From: the human T2T-CHM13v2.0 reference genome, Homo sapiens | Direction: 5' to 3' (one strand) | NCBI RefSeq assembly: GCF_009914755.1 | Contig: NC_060934.1 | Length of the DNA stretch: 64,000 bases | Shown here: piece after piece, positions 14,646 to 29,967 of the stretch | Numbering within the stretch: position 1 is the first letter of the stretch | Layout of the letters: every line of letters begins with the position of its first letter | The notes under the pieces: model-generated | Told to the model about the DNA's origin: nothing | Seen by the model: only the letters and a program-made list of their open reading frames with translations | Database searches by the model: none | Position numbers and translations under genes: made by a program

Positions 14646-16172
14646 GAATGACGGACATGCACATCTTTCCTAGTTAGGGGAGGTGTACAAGAGGAGCTAG
14701 GGTTAATAAAGACAAGAATTTTTCTAGTGGCCAGTGCCTCCTGGAAACCTCTGAGATGCTTTGTAAATTACAAAGGGCTAACAAACTGTGAAAAGGCTCA
14801 CTAAAAAGGCCTGAGATTTTATGGCCCTAAGTCAGGTGTAACAAACAGCTAGAGAAGGCAAACAAAGCTGCTTCTTGGCACCCAAGTGCACTGGTCCGGA
14901 GAAGTGAAGTAGCCAGCCCAACTGTCTGTTCTCAAACTCTTCCTTCCTCTCTTCCTTTCACCGTCTCCCCCTTCTTCCCTCCCTCCTACTTTTCCTCCCT
15001 TCCTTTTCTCACCCATTAACTAATCCAAAAACATGTATTTGAGTTTATTCCATGAGCCGGGAACCCTGAGTAGATTCTATGGTTACAAACACAACCTTTA
15101 GTCTCTGCCCCAGAGGACATCGTACCATTTTTGTAGATTATTCATTTATTTATTCAACACACATTTAAGTGTCGCTGGGTTAGGACAAATACGGCCCCCC
15201 AGGATTGAAGCTTACACGGATACACACCCTACACAATTAGTAACTCCCTTCTACTAAGCATCCAGAGAAATACACGGTTCTAAAGACTGATTACAAAATC
15301 GTCTTTCCCTTTTCCCACCCCTTTCTCAACTCCTCCATGCCTGTGTCCACTAATCTTTCTTCCCAAAAAGGGAAATAGTTTGTGCCTGAAATTCTAAACT
15401 CCCTGATTTCAGGCAAGGCCTGGGAGAGTATAAATAAGCGTATGAATATTTAGCAAAAATGACTGCTATGCAAAGCTTGAAGCACTGTTGTCATAATGCA
15501 GAGCCCGCTTTAATCGCAGCCACAGGGAAAGCATTTGTCGCTGTCTTATCACACAGGAATGATTTTCCCATTGGCAATGGCAGCCTGCCAGCTGGCTGTA
15601 AAGCCAGCGCCTTCCTGGTCTTTCAGGTCGCAATCTCAGATGGCATGCACCACCACTGCCAGGCACTGACATTTCTATTTTTGCAGGACATGCTGGGTCA
15701 GGAAACAAAACTGCAGAATCACAGACTATTTCTTATTTACATTGAATGTGAATCTCATTTTGGCTCAGAAGCCTACGGATTTCCAACTCTTATAGTTCAA
15801 TACACCAGAGATGGCTCAGAGCTTTGCTGATTGAAGTCAGCTGATGGTCTTTGGATCTTATCATTCCCTTTAAATCCCCAAGGTGGTTCATAGAGTGCAT
15901 TTCTATAAATCTGCAGTAATTTGCCATTTATAAATAAAGCAGCAACTCAGCTGGGGCATCACTTTCATCCAAGCCCAGCTCAGAACAAACACAAAAGAGA
16001 GATGGCTTATATGGGAAAACAAAGTTCTTTAGGAGAAGGGTTTGGAATAACCATTAGTTGCCTCTCCCAACAAATGCTGCTAAGAGCTCCTTCAAATCTT
16101 TATCTGAGACAGTTCTTAGCCATTTATACGCCATGATAACTGCCCCTTGGAAATCTTTTAAAATTAGATCTG

Positions 16173-18180
16173 CACTTCTGATTCTAGCCAAGATGGAATA
16201 ACAGAGATCAGATTTACTCTCCTACATAAAAACAAAACAAAAATATGGACACAATATATGAAATAACGAACACCAAACAGCAGGCAGTAAAGGATCCCTG
16301 AGAACTGAGAAGCAAACAAGATGAGCACCATGATTGTCTGACTTGAGAGATTTCAGGTTGCAATTCAGGGAGGGAAAACACAGGCAGAGTATGGTGGGCT
16401 CCCTAAATTGAAAGATGGGGCTGAGAGTCTGAGAGACCAAGGCAGCTAGAATTTGTAGGACAGAATACTGGGGAGGAGAGACCAGCATGCAGAGAGCACA
16501 CTGAACATCTCAAGAGAGTCCCCTTCGAGTATTCAGCTGAATAATGATCAGTGCAAACATGTGAAGAAACCACGTGAGGCTGGGGAAGGAATCACCTGAA
16601 AGGATTAGAGGTAATAGTGTCCAGCAATTACATACAGCTCAGAATAGTACCTGTTCCAGCTAGCCAGACTGAAAAAAACCTCATGATTCGTAAGCATTGG
16701 ATAAAGTACACAAAAGAAATTTACTTCAGTAGTGGGGAAAAGTTAGACCTCCACTGTGCACTGCTCCAGTCCTGCTTAACAAGTTTTAAAAGCAAGACTC
16801 AAAAGGGTCAGAGTATTTCCAAATAACTTAGCTGTACCCCAAAAAACAGCTCAAGAATATTCACAGGAATACAAAAATATCCATCACTCAACAAAGTAAA
16901 ATTCACAGTGTCTGGCACCCAGTCAAACATTACCAAGCATTCAAAGAAACAGGAAAACATAAGTCATAAGAAGGATAAAAACTAATCAATTAAAATTAAT
17001 CCAGAGTTCAAAGGGATATTAGAATTAGCAGACAAGGACATTAACACAGCTATTATAACTACATTCTTTATGATCAAAAATTAAGTAGAAACTTAGAAGA
17101 TTTTTTAAAGACTCTCAATTAAGCTTCTAAAGATGAAAGCTACAATGTGTGAGATGAAAAATACTTTGGATGGAATTAATGGCAGATCAGACATTGCAGA
17201 AAAAAAGATCAGTGAATTTGAAGACAGAGCAATAGAAACTACTCAAAATGAAACATCCAGTGAAAAGAGAATTTTTGAAATCAGCAGAGCATCAGTGAAC
17301 TGTGGGTCACTTCAAACAGTTTAATATAATTGGAGTCCCTGAAGGAGGAAAGAGACAGAAAAATATTTGAAGAAATAATAGCCAATATTTCCAAATTTGC
17401 TAAAAACTATGAACCCACAGATCCAAAAAGGTCAATAGACCCCAAGCACAAGAAATGTAAAAACAACAAGTGCTATAGGGTTATAATAATCAAATTGCTC
17501 AAAATTCAATGATACAGAGAAAATCAGAGGAACAAAGCAAAGGATACCAGCAAATTTTTCATCAGAAAAAATACAAATGAGAATCTAGTGAAGAAACACT
17601 TTAAATTACTGAAAAAAAATTAAAACTAGAATTCTATACTCAGAGAGAAAATTTATTTTTCAAAAACAAGGGCTAAATAAACACTTTTTTACAAACAAAA
17701 AAGCTAAAAGAATTTATCATCAGCATATCCACACTATAAGAAATGTTAAGGAAAATTATACAACATGGAAATACGGTTGTATACAAAAGAATAAAGAGCT
17801 TCAGAAATGGTAACTACATGGGTAAATATGTAAGATTTTTTCTTATTATTTAAATCTCTATAAAATATAACAATTTAAACAAAAAGCATAACAACGTAGT
17901 ATGGGATTTATAACATACATGTGTGTTTAGAAGTGTATAAAATGTATAACCATATCATAAAGTCTGGGAGGAGACAATTGGAAGCATATCGTTGTAAGGT
18001 TCTTATACCATTCATTAAGTGTGCATTAAGTAGCATTATAGTGTCATTTGAATGTAGACTGTGATTAAGTTAAAGATAAATTTTGTAAACCCTAAAGAAA
18101 TCACTAAACTAACAAAACAAAGAGTTATAACTAATAAGCCAACAAAAGAGATAAAATAAAATCATAAAATTTAATTAATT
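16173..18180 (+). mobile_element. Old L1M (L1MC/L1MD-type) 5'UTR and decayed ORF1
   Basis: Start 'acttctgattctagccaagatgga'; ORF1 coiled-coil remnant 'EMKNTLDGINGRSDIAEKKISEFEDRAIE' (17133-17324). Confidence 0.85.
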
Positions 18181-18666
18181 CCCAAGGTATATTGTCTAAG
18201 AACCTAAAAACAAATCCTACCAAAAATTGAGGCAGAAATTTGCAGGACCCAGAAAGTAACAGAAGGGTGGAGGGCTATGAGAAGGAGTGGAATCAACTGA
18301 TAGAAGAGAATGCTGAACAGAGATGCTGAATAGTATGGAAGAGTATAGAACAAGCTGAGGAGAATGCAAATAAAATTAGGGAGATGGAAGGTCAAGAAAG
18401 AGGGGCTTGAGACACCTTCTATGCTTTACCACTTAAAAATGATAAAAGCTTGCCCTTGGATTATACAAAAAAAAAAGTTAATCACTACATCTTTCCTCAT
18501 TTCTCAATACTGTCCTACCCCTACATTTCCCTGGTGACTTTATCTCCTAAGACATTGAAGAAGATAGCAAACATTGGGCAGGAACTCTCTGATCTGCATA
18601 TGAGCAATTCTACCAACCTGCTACATCTGCCCCTAACTGCTGCTTCCTGCCTCCTGGTTCATATGA

Positions 18667-19137
<471 letters not shown>

Positions 19138-19349
19138 TAAACCTCCTTCTAACCCTTGCCATGCAGACCCAATTTTGTGGCCAATCTTGCTCCTTGGTTT
19201 CCTGTTGAGTGTCCTGTCCTTTAACTACTAGCTATTTTGACTATAGTTCTGAATCTCACCGACATCACGCACATTCCATCCACAGCCATGGTCTGTCTTC
19301 TTTCTTGTTCCTCTTAATTATACTAAAATGATTCTATGATATATGCCAA

Positions 19350-19480
19350 GAAAATAATATCTCCATTTACAGATAACAAGACTGAGTGAGGTCAGATGAT
19401 TTACCCAAGGTCACATAGTAAGTGGAACAGCTTGAGATTTAAGCCCAGGTGTTCTGACTGTAAATAATTTCATTACACCA
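19350..19480 (-). mobile_element. MIR
   Basis: 'ccatttacagat...ttacccaaggtcaca' core. Confidence 0.75.
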
Positions 19481-19899
19481 AAGCAGCAGAGATAATGGCA
19501 ACGACCACACTCTTGGGTGAGTTTTAAAATTCTGACTCCTCTTTAGATTGTACCTCTCATGGTAAATTTCTAGGAGGCTGATTCTTTTTCACAATCAGGA
19601 GAGTTCTCCTGTCCCATCTGGTATTCTGTTCTTCCAACTCTTCAGAAGCCCACAACTCTGGGGAGAAAGAGTCTCTGTTCTGTCTTTGGCCATAGGTTAT
19701 TTTGATTAGGGGTAAGGACATGAGGTAAGAAAATCAGTGTAGATCAAGTTTATGCAAAATATCCTAACTACATTAATTCACAGAACCATGATAACAATCA
19801 TGTGAGTAGGGACTCAGGATACATTTATGTTTGTATGGGTGTGTGTATGCATGCATGTATGTATCTATCACTTGAACTAAGATGTAATCCATTAGCTAC

Positions 19900-21340
19900 T
19901 TAACAGAAAATAAAAACAACACAGCAAGTTGGAGGACTCACAGTACCAGATATCAAAACTTATTGATAAGTTTAATGAAAACAGTGTGGCATTATTATAA
20001 AGGCAGACAAACAGAGTAAAGCAAAGAAAACAGAGTTCATACAGTGTAAGATTTTACTTAAGCTCTAGGATGGAAAAGCATGCAGTCATCTTGCCTACCA
20101 CATATAAAATAGAATGATGGATCTAATTTCAAACATGTCAGTCATAACAACTGTGATATGGTTTAACTGTGTCCCTATCCAAATCTCATTTTGAATCGTA
20201 GTTCCCATAATCCCCACATATTGTGGGAGGGACCTAGCAGGAGGTAACTGAATCACAGGGGCGGTTATCCCCATGCTGTTCTCGTGATAGTGAGTGAGTT
20301 CTTACGAGATCTGATGCTGGGCTCTTCTGATAAGGGGGTCTTCTGCCTTCGCTCAGCACTTCTTCCTGCCTCCATGTGAAGAAGGACGTGTTTGCTTCCT
20401 CTTCTGCCATAACTGTAAGTTTCCTGAGGCCTCCCCAGCCATGTGGAACTGTGAGTCAAGTAAGCCTCTTTCTTTTGTAAATTACCTAGTCTCAGGCAGT
20501 TTTTTTATAGCAGCGTGAGAACAGACTAATACAAACTGGAAATGGACTAAAATAATCTATTATATCAAATTGGTCCTCAGAGAAAGATCCAACTATATGT
20601 TGTTTGTAAGAAACATTTTACAGAGGAAACAAAAGAAGACTTGAACAAGTGAGCTACATGCCTGTTCTTGGATAGGAATCCTCAGGTTATAAAAATGTCA
20701 ACTCTCCCAAAGTTTAATTTATAATTTTGAAATACTCTTCAATAAAATTACCAATAGGAATCATTTGAAACTAGACAAGCAAATTCTAAAGTTCATATGG
20801 GAAAATAAATCTAAAATAGCCAAAGACATTAAAAAAAAGAAAATTAATGAGTAGAAGTTAATGCATATTATGAAATGACAATAATTTAAGCAGTGTGATG
20901 CATGAATTAATAAACAGTGGATTAGAATAGGAAGCAAGATATGGATCCAAATAAATTGAGAGATTTAGTAAATTGTTAAAGGACCATTTCAAATTAGTAG
21001 AAAAAAACCTATTAGTCAACGAATAATGTTCAGACAAGTGGGTGGCTACCTGGAAAAAATAAATTGACTCATGGACCTCATACCATACACCAGAATAAAT
21101 TCCATATAGCTGAAGGTTGAAAGAGAAAATGAATTCATAAAAGTACTAGAAAAATAGACTTTTGTAAGTTTGATAAGAAACCCAACCATGAACAATAAGT
21201 TCTTAAATTAACTCTTTAAAAACATGCACGTAAGCACATACATGTATATTTACATGTCAAGAGACACTGCCATAAAGACAACATATAAATGGCAAAGTTG
21301 CAGGAAAAAAGAAAACTATATTTAGGCAAAGGCTAACAGT
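19900..21340 (+). mobile_element. Rearranged old L1M ORF2 fragments interrupted by a THE1 LTR
   Basis: 'gttcttggataggaa...aaaatgtcaactctcccaa', 'aattctaaagttcatatgg', 'acctcataccatacaccagaataaattcca'. Confidence 0.7.
20154..20533 (+). mobile_element. THE1D-like solo LTR (MaLR)
   Basis: TG...CA termini 'tgatatggttt' / 'gactaataca'; 380 bp; perfect 5-bp TSD aactg. Confidence 0.93.
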
Positions 21341-21341
21341 C

Positions 21342-21668
<327 letters not shown>

Positions 21669-22810
21669 TAGTAAGTATTAGTTTAAAAAGGGGCCAGCAA
21701 TAGAAAAGTGGATAAAGTTTACTTATGTAAATATATATTTTATTTTTCTGTTTGTTTTTATTTGTACAAACTCATGAGGTTTATGTGCAATTTTGTCACC
21801 TGCATAGATTGTGTACATGGTCAAGTCAGGGCTTTTAGATTATCCATCACCCAAGTAACGTAAATTGTACCAACTAATTTCTCACCCATCTTTCTCCCAC
21901 CTCCTCAACCTTCCAAGTCTCCATTGTCTATCACTCCACTCTCTAGATCCATCTGTACACATTTTTTACCACCCATTTATGAGTGAGAACATGTGATATT
22001 TGACTTCCTATGCCTGGCTTGTTTCACTTAAGATAATGGCCTCCAGTTTCATCTATGTTGTTGCAAAAGATGTAATTTCATTCTTTTTTGTAGCTGAATG
22101 GTATTTAATTGTACAGACATACGACATTTTCTTTATCCAATCTTCTGCTGATGGACACTTAGGTTGATTCCATATCTTTGCTGTTGTAAATAGTGCTGCA
22201 ATAAACATACCAGTGTGGGTATCTTTTTGATGTATTGTTTTCTTTCCCTTTGGGTAGATACCTAGTAGTGGGATTGCTGGATTGAAACAAATGGTAGTTT
22301 AATTTTTAGTTCTTTGAGAAATCTCCATACTGTTTGTCATAGAGGTTGTACTGTTTGAAAATAATTTGTATTATTTTCGTCCTTTTAATAATAGTCATTC
22401 TGATTCGGGCAAGATGATATCCCACTGTGGTTTTGATTTGCATTTCTCTGATGATTACTGATGTTGAGCAATTTTTCTGTTGATCATTTGTCCTGTTTTG
22501 AAAAATGTCTATTAGTGTCCTTTGCTCACTTTTTAATGTTATTCTTTGTTTTTGTTGTTATTAAGTTGCTTGAGTTCCTTGTCTAGATATTAGTTCCCTG
22601 TTGTATGAATACTTTGCAAATATTTTCTCCCATTCTATAGGCCGTCTGGTCACTCTTCTATTTCTTTTGTGGTGCAGAAGCTTTTTAGTTTAAATAAGTA
22701 CCACTTGTCTATTTTTTGGTTTTTTGCCTGTGCTTTTGAGGTCTTGGTCAGAAATTCTTTGCCTAGACCAATGTCCATAAAAGTTTTCCCTAGGTTTTCT
22801 TCTAGTATTT

Positions 22811-23124
<314 letters not shown>

Positions 23125-23564
23125 TCTTCTAGTATTTTTATAGTTTCAGGTCTTATATTTAAGTCTTTAATCAATCTTGCATTGATTTTTGTACATAGTG
23201 AGAGTTAGGGTTCAGTTTCATTTTTCTTCATATGGCAATCTAATTTTTCCAGCACCATTCATTGAAAAGGGTGTTCTTTCCACAGTGTATGTTCTTGTCA
23301 ATTTTATCAAAGATCAGTTGGCTAAAAAAAAATGGCATTATTTTGAGTTTTCTTTTCTATTTCATTGATCTATGTGTCTATTTTTATGCCAGCACCATAC
23401 TCTTTTGGTTCCTGTAGCCTTGTAATATAGTTTGAACTTGTAATGTGGTAACTTTAGCTTTGTTCTTTTTGCTTAGGATTGCTTTGGCTATTCTGGCTCT
23501 TTTTTTTTGGATCCATATGAATTTTAGGATTTTTTTTCTAATTCTGTGGAAAACGACATTGATA

Positions 23565-23808
<244 letters not shown>

Positions 23809-26800
23809 TGATTGACAGTTATTATCTGAAGGGATGCTGAATTTTATCAAATACTTTTTCTGTGTCTATTGAGATAATCATATAGGTTTTGTCCTTGATT
23901 CTGTTTGTGTTTATGTATCGTATTTATTGATTTACATATGTTGAATCTTCCTTGCATCCCTGATATAAATCCCACTTGTTAATGGTGTATTATCTTTTTA
24001 TTGTGTTGTTGGATTTGGTTTGCTAGTATTTAGTTGAGGATTTTTGTGCCTATGCTCATCAGGGATATTGGCCTGTAGTTTTCTATTTTTGTTGTGTCAT
24101 TTTCTTGTTTTGGTATCAGAGAGATACTGGCCTCAGAATGAGTTACAGTAGAATCCCTTCTCCTCAATTATTTGGAATAGTTTCAGTAGGTTGGTACTAG
24201 TTATTCTTTATACATTTGGTAGACTTTAACTGTGAGTTCAGATAGCCCTGGGCTTTTCTTTGTTGGGAGGATTTTGTTTTCATTTTAATATTGATTCAGT
24301 CTTGCTGCTTGTTATTGATCTGTTCAGGTTTTCTATTTCTTCCTGGTTCAATCTTGGGAGGTTGTATGTTTCTAGGAATGTGGCCATTTCCTCTAGGTTT
24401 TCTAGTTTATAAGTGTATAGTTGTTCATAATAGTATCTGTTGATTTTTTTATATTTTTTTAGTATTAGTTTTAATGTCTCCGCTATCATTTCTGATTTTG
24501 TTTATTTGGGTCTTCTCCTTTTCTTGGTTAGTCTAGTTGGTGGTTTATGATTTTATCTTTTGGAAGAACCAACTTTTCATATCATTGATCCTTTGTATTT
24601 TTAGTCTCTATTTCATTTGGTTCTGCTCTGATCTTTGTTATTTCTTTTCTTCTGCTAATATGAGTTTGATTTGCCCTTAATTCCTTGAGGTACATGATTA
24701 GATTGTTAATTTATAATCTTTCCACTTTATTAACGTAGGCATTTAATGCTACAAACTCCCTTCCTCGCACAGTTTCTGCCATATCCTACAGGTTTTGTTA
24801 TGTTGTACTTCCATTTTCATTTGCTTCCAAATGTTTTCATCTCTGTTTTAATGTATTCATTGAATACAGTGGTCATTCAAGAGCATGCTGTTTAATTTCT
24901 ATGTATTTATATAGTTTCTGAAGTTTCTCTAACTTTATTCTACTGTGATCTGAGAAGATGCTTGATATGATTTCAATTTTTAAAAATTTGTTGAGACTTG
25001 TTTTGTGGCCTAACATATGTTCTATCTTGGAGAATGTTTCATGTTCTGATGAAAAGAATGTATATTCTGCAGCTGTTAGGTAGAATGTTCTATAATTTGG
25101 ACTTATATTTTTAAATTCCCTAATGAAATTTTTTTTTTTTTTACATTTTCTGGTCTCTTTCTATAACACCTTTAATATAATAGTTGTTATACTTTATTGA
25201 AACCTTACTTATTCTTTCAAATGCTTTTCCTTCTATATATTCCCTGTTTTTTTCATTTAGCCATCCTCAGACACCAGATACTCAATTTAAATTTCACCAT
25301 CACTGGCTTCCCTGATAACCCTTTAAAGACAAGTCTAGGCTTGAACAGTAATTTCAGGTCTACTACCTGCTACCCAAGGAGACCATGGAGCTTGAACTCA
25401 GGTCTCTTTAACACCTAAACCTGGGTTCTTCTCATTTCTCCACTCTCTCTTCCAATCAGCGGGTCTGTTGGATGTATCACAAATATGTGCCTCATGTCCT
25501 AATATTACTTTTTAGTGGGCATGAATAATTTATTCTATCTCCCTTTCATGTGGAGCTGTATACATGTGAAACTTATACCTGTGGAGCTGCACTCTTCTTC
25601 AAGACAGATTACAGGCACTTCAAAGAGGTGAAGACATTCACAATTCCAGCCAGGGGTGGATCTAGGCTGCTTACATCTTGAGTGGCATTTACCATGACAT
25701 TCAAGGCCTTCATTCACCCCTCCCCTGAAGGTTCCAGCTGCACAATGCTGATGTGCTAACTGGTGCCCTTCTAAGTTCGTGTCTTCCAGTGTTAATGGAA
25801 AATAGTAACATGTTTTTACCTTATTTTTGTTCTACTTTGAACACAGAGAAATCCCTAAGCCCTTCTGTTTATAGGACCCCTTTTAGGTTTCCATATTTGT
25901 AGTTTTGTCCAGAACCAAAGTCAGCCTGGATTTATATTTGAAATTTCCTTAAATGTAGAGAAGAGGAAGAGGAAGGAAAAGGCTGTTGTTGTGGAATGCC
26001 TATGCACTGAGAACAGCAAAAGAACCATTTTTGGTTTTGCCCAAATTAGCATTGCTAGATAAATTGGGAGCCTTATATCTTTCCAGTTGCCAGGAGAGCA
26101 TGCCAGCTAATTTTAGCCCGTTGTGTAAATATAACCAGCACTGGTATGCACTGGCCTTTAAGATTCACAAGGGTCAATGATGTCCTGCAACAGCCAGAGG
26201 AGTGCCTACACTCGCCCAATATTGACTGAACTTCCTGGGTCCTTAGTTTCCTGTGTCTCCCAGACATATTAATTTTCCTTGGAAGTGACCTTGGAGATCC
26301 CTTGGCCTGACCCCCTGCCCGGGGCATGGCCTTTTCCATGTCTTTGGACAGAAAATTTTCACAGCAAAGTAGCAACATTCTGCAGCCCTTAAGGCAGGTG
26401 CAGCCTCGTTTTCTCTCAACAGTGTAACTCTCAGGCAGAAGAGCTAAGAATAAAGTTTTAGAAGGAAATACTGAGTATGATCCTATTTTGTCTTCCTAAA
26501 AAATGCTTTTTTTTTTTTTTACTCAACTCCTGAAACACCCTGTTCCCCAATGAATATGCTATAGCTAAATGTAATTGTTTTCTAATCTAATTGCCAGAAG
26601 AGGTCACAATAGAGCTTATACAACCAACTCTCTGAATCCTATCTGCTCTACAACTAGCAGGGGCAGATGATAGTCTCTGGGAGGTGAATACGACTGAAGC
26701 AGAGGAAAATCACAAAGGAGGAAGCTGCTCCAGCCCCCACCGAGAGATCAGGCTTTAAGTTGTACTGTCCCTCAGTATCCTTATCTGCTAAATTGAAGTG

Positions 26801-26907
26801 TTTATATATTGTTCCTACCTCTCAGAGATTTTATGGAGTTTAAATGAGTTAATGCATGCCAAACTGTTAGAAGAGCTCTTGGAAAATGATAAATGCTTAA
26901 TACATGT

Positions 26908-27341
26908 TGGTATAGTTTGGACGTTTGTCCCCTCCAAATATTATGTTGAAATGTAATCCCAAATGTTGGAGGTGGGGCCTGGTGGGAGGTATTTGGATCA
27001 TGGGGGTGGACCCCTCACGAATGGTTTTGTGCCTTCCCCATGGTAATAAGTGACTTCTCGCTCTGTTAGTTCATGTGAGAACAGGTTATTTAAAGAGCCT
27101 GGCACCTCCCGTCCCCACCCCACTACCTCCTGGCTCCCCCTCTCACCATGTGGTGTGCCAGCTCTGTTTCCCCTTCTGCTATGATTGTAAACTTCCTGAG
27201 GCCATCACCAGAAGCCAAGCAGATGCCGGCGCTATGCTTCCTATATAGCCTGCAGAACCATGAGCCAGTTAAACCTCTTTTCTTTATAAATTACTCAGTC
27301 TCGGATATTCCTTTATAATGATGCAAACACAGCCTAATACA
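26908..27341 (+). mobile_element. MSTB-like solo LTR inserted in a MIR tail
   Basis: 'tggtatagtttgga...cctaataca'; TSD catgt/aatgt; MIR at about 26770-26907. Confidence 0.88.
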
Positions 27342-27389
27342 AATGTTGGCCATTGTTTTATTATTGTTATATGGATTGAAATCACAATT

Positions 27390-27520
27390 CCCATTTACTA
27401 GATGGAGGACCTAAGGCTAGATTTCCTCATCTGCAAAATGGGCATAAGGAAAAGTCCTGCCTCATAAAGTTGCTGTTAGGATCAAATGAATTGAAAGGTA
27501 TAAAGCTCCTGGCTTTTGCC
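27390..27520 (+). mobile_element. MIR
   Basis: 'tttcctcatctgcaaaatggg' core. Confidence 0.75.
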
Positions 27521-29193
27521 TGGTCCTTGTGTGTGCCCAGAGTGTGGCAGTTCCTCTTGTTATTTCTTCAGGTGCTTAAGAATCTCTTCACTCGGCAATC
27601 ACATCTGCTTGCAAACCACTCAGATTGTTCCAAAGACAATTTCAGAGTGGCTAAAGACATTGAGCAGGAGATGTGTACTGTTCATTTTCAGTATTTTTTC
27701 TTGATGGCTACAGAGAGTAAAGTAATGATAAATACAAAATGGCTACAAAATATGTAAAGACATAAAATATGTTAAAATAACCATGAAATAGGGTTCAAGA
27801 GAGAAAAGGAACATTTCCTTTGTCTTGTTTCTGGGTTTTGCTTTGAGGGTTTCATCTTGTTTGTTTGGGTTTTATTTGTTTTTATCTTAGAGTTAATCAC
27901 AAGGGTGAGAGTGTGATAGAGTGATTAGCCAAAGTAGACTAGCTATGCTGCTATTCTACCCAAAGACCCTCGGCAGACATACATAATAACAGAGACAAGT
28001 AAAATTGGAGTATTATTTCTCTATAGATGACATGTCCCTAAGAAAGCCCTGCTGGGCTAATAAACACTATGGGATAATCCCCCATGTTCTTCTCATTCAT
28101 TTAAGTATGTGTCATGGTATTTCTTTTCAGCAGCCAATTGATCCTGCTCTATTTTTGCTTAGACTAATATTAAAATTAGTTTGCATTTCCTAAGGTAGCC
28201 AAGCAATTGGAGTAAGATAGTGACATGGAGAGGGAGTTAGCTCAGACTGTTAAAAGTGGCAGCAGAACAGCTAAAAGCAAATAACCTAAAAACAGAAATC
28301 AGGAGGAAATTCCTTCTTTAAGGTGGAATATTGCTAGATTATTTTCTTTTCATGAAAGAAGCACTTCTTTTAGGTAAACCATTGTTTGTATTAAAAACTC
28401 CCAGTTTTTCCTCATTTGTTTCTAAAGACTTAATTCTAATGATAAAGTTACAATGTGTGGTCCTCAGCAAACACTTCTCACTGTAGATCTTTCCACTCTC
28501 CCCATGACTCTCAGGGGAGTTGCAGTCAAACTATGCTATTGTATAATAACGGGCTGTGACAAACAAGTAGGGAGAAATTGCTCCTGTCTAACCTCAAACC
28601 TCCATATGAAAAGGTTGCATGTTTATGGAGCTAGTGAAAGGAGCACAGGCCCAGAAATCAGACATACTTTGAGTTTAAAACCCTGTTCTCTAAACCACAA
28701 GTTATGTGACCTAGGAAGAATTTCTTAACTCCTCAGAACTTTTTAACAAGAACTGTTGTCCTACTTTGCATTGCTTGCTTTTAGCTCAGTAAAAGTTAGT
28801 GCTTTGCATGCATGATTCTTTTTAAGCTTTATGACACCTCTGTGAGGTTGGCATTATTATTAGTCACGTTTTATAGATGAGAAAACCAAAGCTACTGATT
28901 CAAAAGTCATGCCTTGCTACCGTAAGCCTTCTATAGTGCTACTAATGAATGCTGCACACGGCTTGAATGGCCCTCATGAGAGGATACTGACATGCATGGA
29001 GATTTGGTTCACAGATACTCTAAACAGACTGCACCGGTATTTGCCACTAGTGGGAGCAGACAGCAGAAGATGAATTTAGTGTCCCTGCATTTGTCCTCCT
29101 CTCAGCCCATCTGTCTCTCTCCCTTTTCCCCACTCTATGTTGATAACAATTTTTCTGACCTGCAGGTAATTTAGCTGACTAGAGTGGCTATTC

Positions 29194-29462
29194 TTTTTTT
29201 TTTTTTTTTAGACGGAGTCTCACTCTGTCACCCAGGCTGGAGTGCAGTGGCACAATCTTGGCTCACTGAAACCTCCACCTCCGGCTTAAAGCAATTCTCC
29301 TGCCTCAGCCTCCTGAGTAGCTGGAATTACAGGCACATGCCACCACACCCGGCTAATTTTTGTATTTTTAGTAGAGATGGGGCTTCAACATATAGGCGAG
29401 GCTGGTCTTGAACTCCTGATCTCGTGATCCACCCGCTTCGGCCTCCCAAAGTGCTGGGATTA
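29194..29462 (-). mobile_element. AluS, 5'-truncated, within an old MLT1-like LTR
   Basis: Dimeric Alu; flanking MLT1 motifs 'tagctgactagagtgg' and 'ggtggacacatgac'. Confidence 0.88.
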
Positions 29463-29967
29463 AAGTAGTAAGATATCCACCTCATTTCTTCTGTTAATAG
29501 AACTTCTCCCTCACACCCCACAAAGGCACATATGTACATATACACACACATGCATACACACATCCATACACACACAACTTCTCACCATTAATACCCTGTC
29601 ACGGCCACAGAGGTGGACACATGACTTTTCTTTGCTGTGATACTAAATTTGGCCTGCTGAAAACCCAAAGTCCAACAACCTGAAATAGGCTTGTTTGTAG
29701 CAGGAAATTAAAAGATCAACAAAAAAGAAGCAGAGACCAGCAGAAATGAGAGATGCACAGAAGGCAACTCGTGTGAGCCAACCAATAGCACCTCCTAAGG
29801 AAAAGGCCAACAAGTACCTGTTTCTGATATCTCTGGTGTATCTGGGCCCAGGCTTCCCTTTCCAATATCCTGATTGTTCATCTCTTTTTTTTTCAATTCT
29901 GAGAGCTTCTCAGTATCCTTCCCAGCTACCTGAACCCATCTGAGAAGGCAAACGTGAGTTGGGTCTC

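Noticed and set aside
14290-14673. Overlapping ORFs up to 124 aa
   Set aside because: Produced by CT-rich low-complexity sequence.
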